Part shown: positions 55,678-64,000 of the stretch, one piece after another
How the letters are laid out: each line of letters opens with the position of its first letter
Position numbering within the stretch: position 1 is the stretch's first letter
Source of the DNA: a virus
Lineage: Duplodnaviria; Caudoviricetes
Strand: one strand, 5' to 3'
Virus record (IMG/VR): IMGVR_UViG_3300048861_000178
Coordinates: 160,001-224,000 of that record
DNA: 64,000 nucleotides
The notes under the pieces: generated by a model
What the model was told of the DNA's origin: nothing
Database searches by the model: none
Seen by the model: only the letters and a program-made list of their open reading frames with translations
Made by a program: the position numbers and the translations under genes

Positions 55678-58164
55678 TTACTGCATAGTGACGTGCTGAT
55701 TGTACACGCTCGGTACCGTGATGTTGCGGGCATCCAAGACACAGGTCTGCGCATTGGTAAACGATCCGTAACCACTTTCGTAGTGTGAGATCATGTACAA
55801 CTGCGAGAAGTGCTGCGTATCCATCAGGTTCTTAATACAGCTCGATGCGGCGGTGCGGTGCTCCAGGTCAAAGCTCGCACCAAACTCATCGAGTAGGAGC
55901 GGTGCCTCGCCTAAGCCCAGATACTTCATGGCGACCACCTTAAAGGCGAGGTCGACGACTTCTTGCATGCCGCTACTGCCATTCTTGACATCGTCGCGAA
56001 TATTGGCCCGGTCCTGCACCATCAGCGGGAACTTGTAGTCGAGCTCCGCGCCACGATCCGTCGCGACACCGCAAGGTTGAATCTCCAGTGGATAAGCCCA
56101 GATCTTCTTGATGAGATGGTTCATCTCCCGCACAAAGCGACGAATGAAACCGAGCAGCCCTTCGGCAATCAAACCATCAGTCGGTGACATCTCCTTGACC
56201 ATCAGCTTCAGGGTTTCGTCACGCAAGGCATACTGCGCAATCGTCTTTTCTAACTCGGCGATGATGCCCTTTTGGAGCTTCATCTCCTGCAAGGCCGAGT
56301 TCTTGTGGGCGAGCGACAGCTGCAGGGCATTGATTGCGTTTTGGATCGCTTCGCGGCGTAGCATCTCCACCAGTTCTTTGGTGGCATCTTCCGCTTGGCC
56401 GATCATCTGCTCCAGGCGCTGACCCGTCGATTGCACATCGGACATCTGGCGCCGGTAAGCCATCGTTTGCTGCAGATGCTTATTGAGTCGGTTCAGTTTG
56501 CCCGTGAGTTCTTCGACCGTGCCCGTCACCTTGACCAACGACTCCGTCACTTCGTTCAGGTTCGCATCACCGAGCTGTTCAGCTTGTTTGATGAGTTCCT
56601 TGATGTCAGCGATTTCCCGCTCCTGTCGCTCAGCGGCGAGCTCTTGCACCAGGTCCTGTTTAAGCAGGTCGAGCTGCATGAGTGCGACGCGTGGCGTCTT
56701 GATGACCATCTCGTGATGCAAGAGGTGATCCCAGAACGGTTGCAGCGCAGGCCAGTTCTTCACGCAGCGGTTAAAGTCCATGTAGAGATTGAGGTAGGTC
56801 TGAAACGCCTCCATCTCTTCTTCGAGCGCCTTGATCTCGGCTTTAAGCTTGGTGATCTCTTCGCCACGCGATTCAATCGCAGCATCGTACTTCTGGATCA
56901 CTTCCGGATCGTAGCCCACCACCCACAGGTGATGACACTTCGGGCACTCGATGTTCCCAGCCTGCTTATGGGACTCCATGTGCTGCTTCTTACCGGCGAA
57001 GTGAGCGATCTCCTTTTCCTTTTGCAGGATCAGGTCACGTCGCTCGAGCACCTTCTGACGGTTCTCGTTATTCTTCGTCTGACTGAAGCGCCGATCCTCG
57101 TTGGAGGGGATCTCCGAGAAGCACGCAAAGAGCACCCCGTAGACCGATTCGAGTGCGGCAGCTGCCTGGGATGCACTGAAGCCTTCCAAGCCCAGCACGC
57201 GGGCTGAGAGGAGCTTGTTGCGGGTTTCCTGAGCGAGGTGCAGCCGACGCAGGAGCGCATCGACACCTTGGGCCCCCGTCTTCTTCAGCAAGTCCTGCTT
57301 TTCCTTCAGCTTGCCGTGCTCTTCCACCGCTTTATTGAGGAGCGCTTCAGTGGCCGCAATCTCTTGCTTGGTCGCATCGATGTCCTCCGTAATCTGTTCG
57401 ACCGAGTCGTACCCCTTCCAGCCAAAGAAAGAGGCGCGGTGCCGTAGCAGGTTATCCGAGATGCTGTAGAGCTCGGACAAAATCTCTTCCTGCTCCGTCA
57501 TAAACGTCGACACTGGCCGCGGAATCGGGGCCCGCTGGCGCTGCAGGCGCTCAATCTCTCCAATCAGGGTTTCAACTTCCTGACTGAGCTTGCGCTCCTC
57601 TTCCTCGGTGACGATCTTGCTGGTTTCAGCCACCAGCTTGTTCTTGGCCATCTTCAGCGCGCCGGAGGTCACCGTAGCGGCTTCCTTCAGACGCATGAAC
57701 AAACCAATGGCGTAGGTGTAGTCCACGTCCGAGAGCATCGTAAACCACTTGCGGCGATCAGTCGGTCCCATGGTGTGGAAACGGATCGCATTGCGCAGCA
57801 GCTCATGGATGTCATCGTTGACACCGAACTCCGTCATCACCAGCTTGCGCTGCACGGTGATGGTGTGACCATCGTTAAGCTCTTGGCCGTTCTTCAGGAA
57901 GCTGTGCTTATTGCCTTCTGAGAACCAGCTCTTGAGCACAAACGTGTTGCCACGGTGAGTAATCGTTATGGTTTTAGAGCCATCTTTACTGTATTCCTTA
58001 GGCTCAGCAGGCAACGGGGTCAATTCCTTTACCAAGGAGGATTTGCCAGAGCCGTTGGTGCCGAGAATGAGCTGAATGCGTTCAGCCGGACGGATCATAA
58101 AGCGGGTGTGCCCATTGAGCGCGATCCGCTTGTATCCGACCAGCTCTAATGAGTTAATGAGCAT
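55678..58164 (-). CDS. sbcC: SbcC/Rad50-like ATPase (phiKZ gp165-like)
   Basis: GTNGSGKSS, coiled coils, CPKC zinc hook, SSGM signature, LLLDEFG.SFD, ISH. Confidence 0.9.
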   Translation of the reverse strand: MLINSLELVGYKRIALNGHTRFMIRPAERIQLILGTNGSGKSSLVKELTPLPAEPKEYSKDGSKTITITHRGNTFVLKSWFSEGNKHSFLKNGQELNDGHTITVQRKLVMTEFGVNDDIHELLRNAIRFHTMGPTDRRKWFTMLSDVDYTYAIGLFMRLKEAATVTSGALKMAKNKLVAETSKIVTEEEERKLSQEVETLIGEIERLQRQRAPIPRPVSTFMTEQEEILSELYSISDNLLRHRASFFGWKGYDSVEQITEDIDATKQEIAATEALLNKAVEEHGKLKEKQDLLKKTGAQGVDALLRRLHLAQETRNKLLSARVLGLEGFSASQAAAALESVYGVLFACFSEIPSNEDRRFSQTKNNENRQKVLERRDLILQKEKEIAHFAGKKQHMESHKQAGNIECPKCHHLWVVGYDPEVIQKYDAAIESRGEEITKLKAEIKALEEEMEAFQTYLNLYMDFNRCVKNWPALQPFWDHLLHHEMVIKTPRVALMQLDLLKQDLVQELAAERQEREIADIKELIKQAEQLGDANLNEVTESLVKVTGTVEELTGKLNRLNKHLQQTMAYRRQMSDVQSTGQRLEQMIGQAEDATKELVEMLRREAIQNAINALQLSLAHKNSALQEMKLQKGIIAELEKTIAQYALRDETLKLMVKEMSPTDGLIAEGLLGFIRRFVREMNHLIKKIWAYPLEIQPCGVATDRGAELDYKFPLMVQDRANIRDDVKNGSSGMQEVVDLAFKVVAMKYLGLGEAPLLLDEFGASFDLEHRTAASSCIKNLMDTQHFSQLYMISHYESGYGSFTNAQTCVLDARNITVPSVYNQHVTMQ

Positions 58165-58242
58165 GTAAGCCTTCTATTACACAGCTTGATTCTGTCGTCA
58201 GACGATGGTTGAGCTCTGTGTTTTTTAACAGGACCCGATAAA

Positions 58243-59259
58243 ATGGATCACCTTGCCGCGCAGTTCGCGGGTCACGAAAGCCCGCAGGGCACCATCAGTA
58301 AGTTCCATGTGTACTCACTGGGCCATGCTGCTGAGAACAAAGCCCTGAATTCCTTCGATCTGGAGATTACGCCAATTGAGGATACGCCGATGGTGGACGG
58401 GGAGCTTTCCACCAATGCCAACACTGAGCAAGCCTCGGGTACGGATCTCTCGGGTCAGCAGTACCAGACCAACCTCACGTCCTCCGGCACCATCAAGGCG
58501 ACCTGGCTACCGGTGGGCCAAGCGAACCGGTTGACGGCACCCGATGTGCGTCGCGGTGAGCAGGTGGTCATCTACCGGTACGGTGACACCGACAAGTATT
58601 ACTGGAACACGATGCGCAATGACCTGAACTTCCGTAAGCTCGAGACGGTCGTGTTTGGCATTAGCGCCACCGCCGTGGAAGGTGCAACGCCGGACAAGAC
58701 CAATACGTACTACGTGGAATTCAGTTCGCACAAGAAGTCGATCACGCTTATCACCACCAAGGCCAATGGGGAGCCCTACGCCTATTCGTTCCAGTTCGAT
58801 ACGGGTAACGGCAAGGTGCAACTGGAAGACGACATCGGTAACGGGATGTTCCTGGACTCGCAGCAGCATCAGTGGCATATCGAGAACGCAGATGGTTCGT
58901 TCTTTGACATGACCAAGAAAGCTATCAAAGGGCATGCGGATGATTCGATTAGCTGGACCACCAAGGACTGGTCGGTCGATGCTTCGAACAGCACCAGCGA
59001 GACTACCGAGACGCGTACTGTCAAAGCCAGCACCGAAACCGTGACGGCAGAAACCACCCACAATGGTGACACTGTCCATAACGGTAACATCGGCCTGAAT
59101 GGTGACCTGACTACCGCACCGGGTAACGCAGGCACGGGTAAGATCAGCATCAAGGGTGAGGCTGAACTCTTGGGCAATCTCGACGTGCAGGGTGACATGA
59201 CCGCAGTGACGATCGAGGCGACCGAATCGATCACGGCACCGAACCTGAAGTACAATTAA
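58243..59259 (+). CDS. baseplate central spike (phiKZ gp164-like)
   Basis: A.WLP....R.TAPDVRRGE.V.IY...D...YYW OB-fold region followed by beta-repeat C-terminus. Confidence 0.8.
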   Translation: MDHLAAQFAGHESPQGTISKFHVYSLGHAAENKALNSFDLEITPIEDTPMVDGELSTNANTEQASGTDLSGQQYQTNLTSSGTIKATWLPVGQANRLTAPDVRRGEQVVIYRYGDTDKYYWNTMRNDLNFRKLETVVFGISATAVEGATPDKTNTYYVEFSSHKKSITLITTKANGEPYAYSFQFDTGNGKVQLEDDIGNGMFLDSQQHQWHIENADGSFFDMTKKAIKGHADDSISWTTKDWSVDASNSTSETTETRTVKASTETVTAETTHNGDTVHNGNIGLNGDLTTAPGNAGTGKISIKGEAELLGNLDVQGDMTAVTIEATESITAPNLKYN

Positions 59260-59269
59260 AAAAGTAGGG

Positions 59270-59303
59270 ACATAAGGGGAGGCCGAAGCCTCCCTCTATG
59301 CCG
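59270..59303. terminator. hairpin between convergent genes
   Basis: ACATA-AGGGGAGGC-CGAA-GCCTCCCCT-ATGCCG. Confidence 0.7.
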
Positions 59304-59311
59304 TTATTGCT

Positions 59312-60589
59312 TCAGCTTGCGGTGTTCCACTTGTTAAAACCCGTGGGAGCTGCATGCACGAAGTTGGTTGCCCCTGCGTTGATCGTCACGGCATCCGTCT
59401 TAGCATCCAGTGACACGCCGAGGTAGACCAGTCCTGCGTTGCCGCCAGGGACCGCGATCGCCGCGAGCGGCAGACCCCCCAGACCGGTGGCCGGGTTCTG
59501 GTTCGCCAACACATCGCCATTCCACTGCTGCGTCTGCGGGTTGTAGAACCAGCCGAGCTTGGCGTTCAGGTCGATGGCAATCCCCACCACGTCCCCTTGC
59601 TTCGGAGTGGTGCCGATCGTCTGGGCATTACCACCATTGTAGAAGATCCCGGCCGTCGCCCCATCGGCTTCGGTAAAGATCATCATGCCATTGGTGTCCG
59701 CACCAATCCTCTGGTTGTTAAGCTGACTGGCGTTACAGATACCAAAGCCCACAGCACCCGCCAACGTGTTAAGCGTGGCTTCCGCGTAGAACTTGCCTGC
59801 CTGATGGCCGACGGTGCCCCGTGCCGATTGCCAGCCAACGACGGTACTGGTGGCAGTGAGGTTGTTGTTGCTTAGCGTAAGGCCTGCTGGGCTTAAGGCC
59901 GCATCCAGTTGATCCACCGGGTCAGTCGCGGGCGGCGTGTCCGTGAGCTTACCGATGTTCGCATTCACAAACGCTTCCAGATTAGCGTACTGACCTTGCA
60001 GGGTCTGGAGTTGTTTGGTGAGGGCAATCACCTGCGACTCGGGCGTGTTGGTGTTGGTGATGTTAGCCTGCCGAGCGGCTTCAGCAAGAGCATGATCCGC
60101 CGCCGAGAGATTGGTCGTCGGAGACACCACCACCGTCTGAATCAACACGCTCGTCAACCCCACGGTCGTCTTCACCAGATTGGCAATCTGTTGCTTTAAG
60201 AACGTGAGGTCCACGTAAGTGGGCATCGCACCCAGATCGACTGCCATCATCAGGTTGGTGTAGGGCACACCACCCTTAGACGGATAGCTGGCCACAAAGC
60301 TCGAGGGCACGTAAGCGACCGCACCCGACGACTGCTGCAGCGTGATGATGCACACGCCGCTGCCGAGGTCTGCCTGGTATTGGGCTGCCAGATCCCCCGA
60401 GGTTTGTTCGCGCGGCTGGTAGTACTGGGTGTAGGGATCGCCACCTGCGGCGATGATGTCCTCCAGCTGCCGAATCGCAATACAGGTGTACGACGCGTTC
60501 GCCATCAGCGCGTTGTTAAACGGCGCGGTGAGCGTAAAGACTCCGGCTGCCCCCAGCTCCGGAATCAGATTGGTGGTGATAACGGTCAT
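59312..60589 (-). CDS. virion-module protein with C-terminal SPRY/B30.2-like domain
   Basis: LTLSNNNLTAT, ARGT....GKFYAE, GDVVGIAIDL, VTINAG..F....PTGF. Confidence 0.7.
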   Translation of the reverse strand: MTVITTNLIPELGAAGVFTLTAPFNNALMANASYTCIAIRQLEDIIAAGGDPYTQYYQPREQTSGDLAAQYQADLGSGVCIITLQQSSGAVAYVPSSFVASYPSKGGVPYTNLMMAVDLGAMPTYVDLTFLKQQIANLVKTTVGLTSVLIQTVVVSPTTNLSAADHALAEAARQANITNTNTPESQVIALTKQLQTLQGQYANLEAFVNANIGKLTDTPPATDPVDQLDAALSPAGLTLSNNNLTATSTVVGWQSARGTVGHQAGKFYAEATLNTLAGAVGFGICNASQLNNQRIGADTNGMMIFTEADGATAGIFYNGGNAQTIGTTPKQGDVVGIAIDLNAKLGWFYNPQTQQWNGDVLANQNPATGLGGLPLAAIAVPGGNAGLVYLGVSLDAKTDAVTINAGATNFVHAAPTGFNKWNTAS

Positions 60590-60601
60590 GCAGGGCTCCT
60601 A

Positions 60602-61909
60602 TTACGGCGCGGCGAACTGCGGGTTCGACTTGGCAGCGACGAGGTAGTCAATCGTCTGGTAGTTGTACACCAGGTACAGAATGTTGTTACGGATCAACTT
60701 GGTGTAGCCCAGCGGGATGCTGGAATACTGCGTCATTGATTCCGCCACCAGCAACATGGTGGCCAGTGCCGAGAGGAACGCTTGCGTCGCCTGGCTCATG
60801 CGCGCGAAATCCGTCGAGGTCGAGCTCACCGAGATGAGATCCGGGAATACATCCGAGAGCTCGTACAGGTTGTTGCGGTTCTGGTCCGAACCAATCATGG
60901 CGATGGCCAGCGACTTGTACGGATGACCCATGACGGTGCCGTGCGCATTGATATGAGCACTTGGATAACTAGCGAACTGGGGGAGCAGCGCGAGCGCATC
61001 CGTCAGATTCGTAATCGGAGAGTATATGCCCGCCTGACCCGTGGAGCGATCAGGGATCGCCATTTTGTTCCACTGGGGGATGAGCACAAACTCCGTGCGC
61101 TTGAAGATGTCCGGGAACACCGCCACCCATTCATCGCGCGAGTGCGAGCTGTTGGCGAGGATGTAGGCTTCCAGCGCATCGCTGATCGAGTCGACATTGT
61201 CGCCCGCCATGCCGTACAGAATCAGCGTCCAGTCCGTCGAGATGAGCGTGCCGGTTCCAGCCGGATCATGCCAGTCGTAGGACATGACGATGATGTCAGT
61301 TTCCGGATTGTTCGCCTTGGCAGCCTGGATGTTCAAGAAGAGCTGGGGCTTGGTAACGGCGCTGACTTCCGCTTGCACTTGCGTGGCGGCTTTGAAAAAG
61401 TCGTCAAGCGGGGTGATCGGCGGCACGATGACAAAAGCCGATTCGTCGTATTCGTTCTGGAAGCTTGCATCTGCAAACCAAATCCGAATAAACGAACCGG
61501 GGTTGGCCACGTCGGTCCAGCTGACCCATTCGGGCAACCAGCGCGTCCCGTCGGTGACCATCGCCCCGGAGGCGAAGGTGTTAGCGGTCGCTGCAAACTG
61601 CGTGAGGGCGCCTTCGAGGAGGACGTCCGCGTATTGCTGACCAGCATTGTTAATGGTCTGGTTGTAGAACCAGGCACAAATCGTGAGCACGCGCTTGGCG
61701 AGGTCTGCATCGACGACTTGGGCTGTGCCATCCGTTGCGCTCAAGAAAGACCAGAGCGTGACGTTTGGCGAACCCACTGCATCAGTGTAGAGGCCGATTT
61801 CGCGCGAGTAAGTCCGCGACACCGTGGAGAGTTCCCCGACGGCGTTGACTTGACCTGGCGTGTTGTTTGCGAACAGGGCGTGGCTCGCAAAACCTTTAAG
61901 TGTGTACAT
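60602..61909 (-). CDS. virion structural protein (phiKZ gp157-like)
   Basis: MYTLKGF, GELS..S.TYS, IRIWFAD..F..EYD, FPDIFK.TEF. Confidence 0.7.
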   Translation of the reverse strand: MYTLKGFASHALFANNTPGQVNAVGELSTVSRTYSREIGLYTDAVGSPNVTLWSFLSATDGTAQVVDADLAKRVLTICAWFYNQTINNAGQQYADVLLEGALTQFAATANTFASGAMVTDGTRWLPEWVSWTDVANPGSFIRIWFADASFQNEYDESAFVIVPPITPLDDFFKAATQVQAEVSAVTKPQLFLNIQAAKANNPETDIIVMSYDWHDPAGTGTLISTDWTLILYGMAGDNVDSISDALEAYILANSSHSRDEWVAVFPDIFKRTEFVLIPQWNKMAIPDRSTGQAGIYSPITNLTDALALLPQFASYPSAHINAHGTVMGHPYKSLAIAMIGSDQNRNNLYELSDVFPDLISVSSTSTDFARMSQATQAFLSALATMLLVAESMTQYSSIPLGYTKLIRNNILYLVYNYQTIDYLVAAKSNPQFAAP

Positions 61910-62020
61910 CGAGTAATCTCCAGCTGTTCTTCAACAGGTCGTGGACACAGGGGGATGGACCAAGTGTCTTGAAATCCATTAGAATAAGACTAAGCATAAA
62001 ATGAAGCAATAGGGGCTATC

Positions 62021-62491
62021 ATGCTGGCATGGAAAACTTTCACTCTCTTGTGGCCGTTTCTGAAGGAGCTCTTCCTTGGAAAGAAAACACTGAGCGAGGC
62101 ACTGAAGACAAACAAAGGCCGCGTCTTTCTGATGATAGCCATCATCGGGTCGGTCGTAATGAACTTATGGCTAGTGCCCAACATTGTGCGGATTTCCACC
62201 GACTACGTGGAGCTCAAACACAAGTACGACGATTTAAAGACAAGCGCCGACGATCGACCTAAGGTAGACACGCCGCCTGCACCGCCTGCACCTCCGCCCG
62301 TGAAGAAGTACACGTCGATCGTGCAGCCGGATAAGATTACAGAGTCACTGCCTGCGGCCGCCCGGTCGCCTGCCAGTGCACCTGTGGTGCCGGAAGCTAC
62401 GGTGCAGCAGTGGTCCAGTTACGACGCCACCGTGGCGCGTTTTAATCAAATCCAGGCGCGTGAGCGGACTGGCGGTTATAAGAGCAGGTAG
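62021..62491 (+). CDS. membrane protein, possible second i-spanin
   Basis: TM segment VFLMIAIIGSVVMNLWLV, short coiled coil, Pro-rich tail; lipoprotein gene follows. Confidence 0.6.
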   Translation: MLAWKTFTLLWPFLKELFLGKKTLSEALKTNKGRVFLMIAIIGSVVMNLWLVPNIVRISTDYVELKHKYDDLKTSADDRPKVDTPPAPPAPPPVKKYTSIVQPDKITESLPAAARSPASAPVVPEATVQQWSSYDATVARFNQIQARERTGGYKSR

Positions 62492-62495
62492 ACTC

Positions 62496-62969
62496 ATGAA
62501 ATCGCTAAAATACGCAGTAGTGCTGGCCATTGGCCTCACGGGGTGCAATAGCTTTAACACCTACGAGCCTCCCCACGGGCCACGAGGTCGGCAAGAGCAG
62601 CGCGAGCAACCCAAGAAGCAGGAGAAAGGCTTTTTCTCTTTCCTGTTTGGTAGTGACGATCAAGCCGCAAGTGAGGTGCCGGTCGAACAACCGGCTTCAG
62701 CTACGGAGATCATCATTGCCACGCGCGATGAAACTGGGAATGTGCTGTGTCCTTACGTCAAACTGGTGCCCGTGCCTCAGCCTCCACCAGTACCGGTGGA
62801 TCAGCTCAAGCAACTGAGCCCCAAGGATAAGGACGCGATCATTGCGCTGCTCACCGATCACATCGATCAGATGCACCAGTACTCCACGCGGGTGCGCGAT
62901 CAGAGCGAGCGACAGCGGCGTCAATACGCGGCTGAGTGCAAACGCTGGGTCATGCTCCATCAGCAGTAA
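62496..62969 (+). CDS. lipoprotein, possible second o-spanin
   Basis: lipobox LTGC; CP...PVPQPPPVP then a helix ending in Cys. Confidence 0.65.
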   Translation: MKSLKYAVVLAIGLTGCNSFNTYEPPHGPRGRQEQREQPKKQEKGFFSFLFGSDDQAASEVPVEQPASATEIIIATRDETGNVLCPYVKLVPVPQPPPVPVDQLKQLSPKDKDAIIALLTDHIDQMHQYSTRVRDQSERQRRQYAAECKRWVMLHQQ

Positions 62970-63027
62970 AAAAAGTTATTTTGACAGGGTAGGTTCATGT
63001 TTTGCGACATGCCTGCCCTGCAGTTCC

Positions 63028-64000
63028 ATGACACCATCTACGATCCGAGATTGGCTTCAGACCAATCTGTCGCTTTATGTCCACGGGGATTTGCGCAAAC
63101 GCATTCCTTTGCCTGGCGTCTACGCGATTCATTTTCCCCACACCGATGAAGTCTTCTTCGGACAAACCAAGCACTTGTACCGAGGTCGGATTAAACACTT
63201 ACGTGCACTTAAACGGGGTGTAGCCGAAAACAAGGGTTTGCAACGTGCGTTTAAAGAAGGTAAGCGAACCTTTGATTTCTACTACATCAACCTCCCAGTC
63301 GAGGTGACGAAAGAGGTCGAGCAGGACTACTTAGACCTGCACCATGGACAACCTTACCTACTGAATCAGGCGAGGGCGTCTCGGACACGCAAGAAACAAT
63401 ATATTCCCTTGGGGGATACTCTGACGAGCCCGAAACACTCTGATTCGGTACGAATAGAAAAGAAAGGATTACAGCGTATGTCAAGCGTAGAAGAAGTCGG
63501 TGCTGAGCCTGCAAAAGGCCAACCGGCACTACTCGATGCTCCACAAGGTGTGGTGTACCACACCGACGGGGGCTGCCGCCCGAATCCTGGCCCTGGTGGC
63601 TGGGGGATTCACGGTTATCTGTACGCGGCTGCTAAGCCGAAGAAAGGTTCGGGCAATCCGGACCACATCGTAACGGCTGCAGGTTATGTGACCAAGGTCG
63701 AATACAACAGGCAGTCCAACGATTGGACGCTTGCGGATTTCCAGGAATGGTTAAGCAATCCGCTGGCGCGGCGCAAGCACATGGAAGTCACCCCGATTGC
63801 TTACATCGACGGGTATGGCTCCTTCAGTGCGGCAATCACCAACAACATCGCTGAGCTGGTGGCCGCCACGCAAGCGCTGGAGCACGCCGCGCAGTATGAC
63901 GTGAAGATTGTGCAGGTGCATTGCGATTCGAAGTACGTCTGCAATGGCCTGATGGATTACGTGCCGACCTGGATTCGCAACAACTGGATCAAGTCCGACG
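63028..64000 (+). CDS. rnhA: RNase HI (phiKZ gp155-like) with in-frame N-terminal GIY-YIG-like domain; truncated by window end
   Basis: hand translation is open from ATG 63028 through ATG 63478 (AAAGGA SD) into HTDGGCRPNPGPGGWG, TNNIAEL.A, DSKYV; absent from the ORF track because it lacks a stop. Confidence 0.85.
   Translation, partial: MTPSTIRDWLQTNLSLYVHGDLRKRIPLPGVYAIHFPHTDEVFFGQTKHLYRGRIKHLRALKRGVAENKGLQRAFKEGKRTFDFYYINLPVEVTKEVEQDYLDLHHGQPYLLNQARASRTRKKQYIPLGDTLTSPKHSDSVRIEKKGLQRMSSVEEVGAEPAKGQPALLDAPQGVVYHTDGGCRPNPGPGGWGIHGYLYAAAKPKKGSGNPDHIVTAAGYVTKVEYNRQSNDWTLADFQEWLSNPLARRKHMEVTPIAYIDGYGSFSAAITNNIAELVAATQALEHAAQYDVKIVQVHCDSKYVCNGLMDYVPTWIRNNWIKSD

Noticed and set aside
3929-59303. 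Hairpin family as CRISPR repeats, REP elements or IS ends
   Set aside because: Dispersed, with unrelated stem sequences, no spacer periodicity and no cas or transposase gene

Overview
This window is a 64-kb segment of a phiKZ-like (Chimalliviridae-type, nucleus-forming) jumbo phage genome with GC-rich codon usage; the host cannot be determined from the sequence. 1-12.9 kb: accessory plus-strand genes, probably early, with phiKZ-type TATAT(T/C)AC promoter motifs, a frameshifted HNH homing endonuclease and a 992-aa tandem-domain protein. 12.9-21.1 kb: minus-strand head/cargo genes, most carrying S/A/G-x-E prohead-protease sites, including an SNF2 helicase, an R-S-E ADP-ribosyltransferase and a head protein ending in a SUKH/SMI1-KNR4 immunity domain. 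21.3-31.4 kb: core block with DnaB, major capsid protein and a non-virion RNA polymerase beta-type subunit. 31.6-38.5 kb: accessory island with five small paralogs, a P-loop protein and a free-standing copy of an internal capsid-protein domain. 38.6-64 kb: portal, baseplate and tail genes, RuvC, a spanin-like pair, a CYTH-fold protein, tail fibres, SbcC-like ATPase, spike, a SPRY-fused structural protein, a second spanin-like pair and an in-frame GIY-YIG/RNase H ORF that runs off the end. About 18 intergenic hairpins end in TATG, most also opening with CATA. No tRNA, rRNA or CRISPR was seen. All calls come from reading motifs by eye and from recalled phiKZ gene order, not from database searches; phiKZ gp numbers are from memory.
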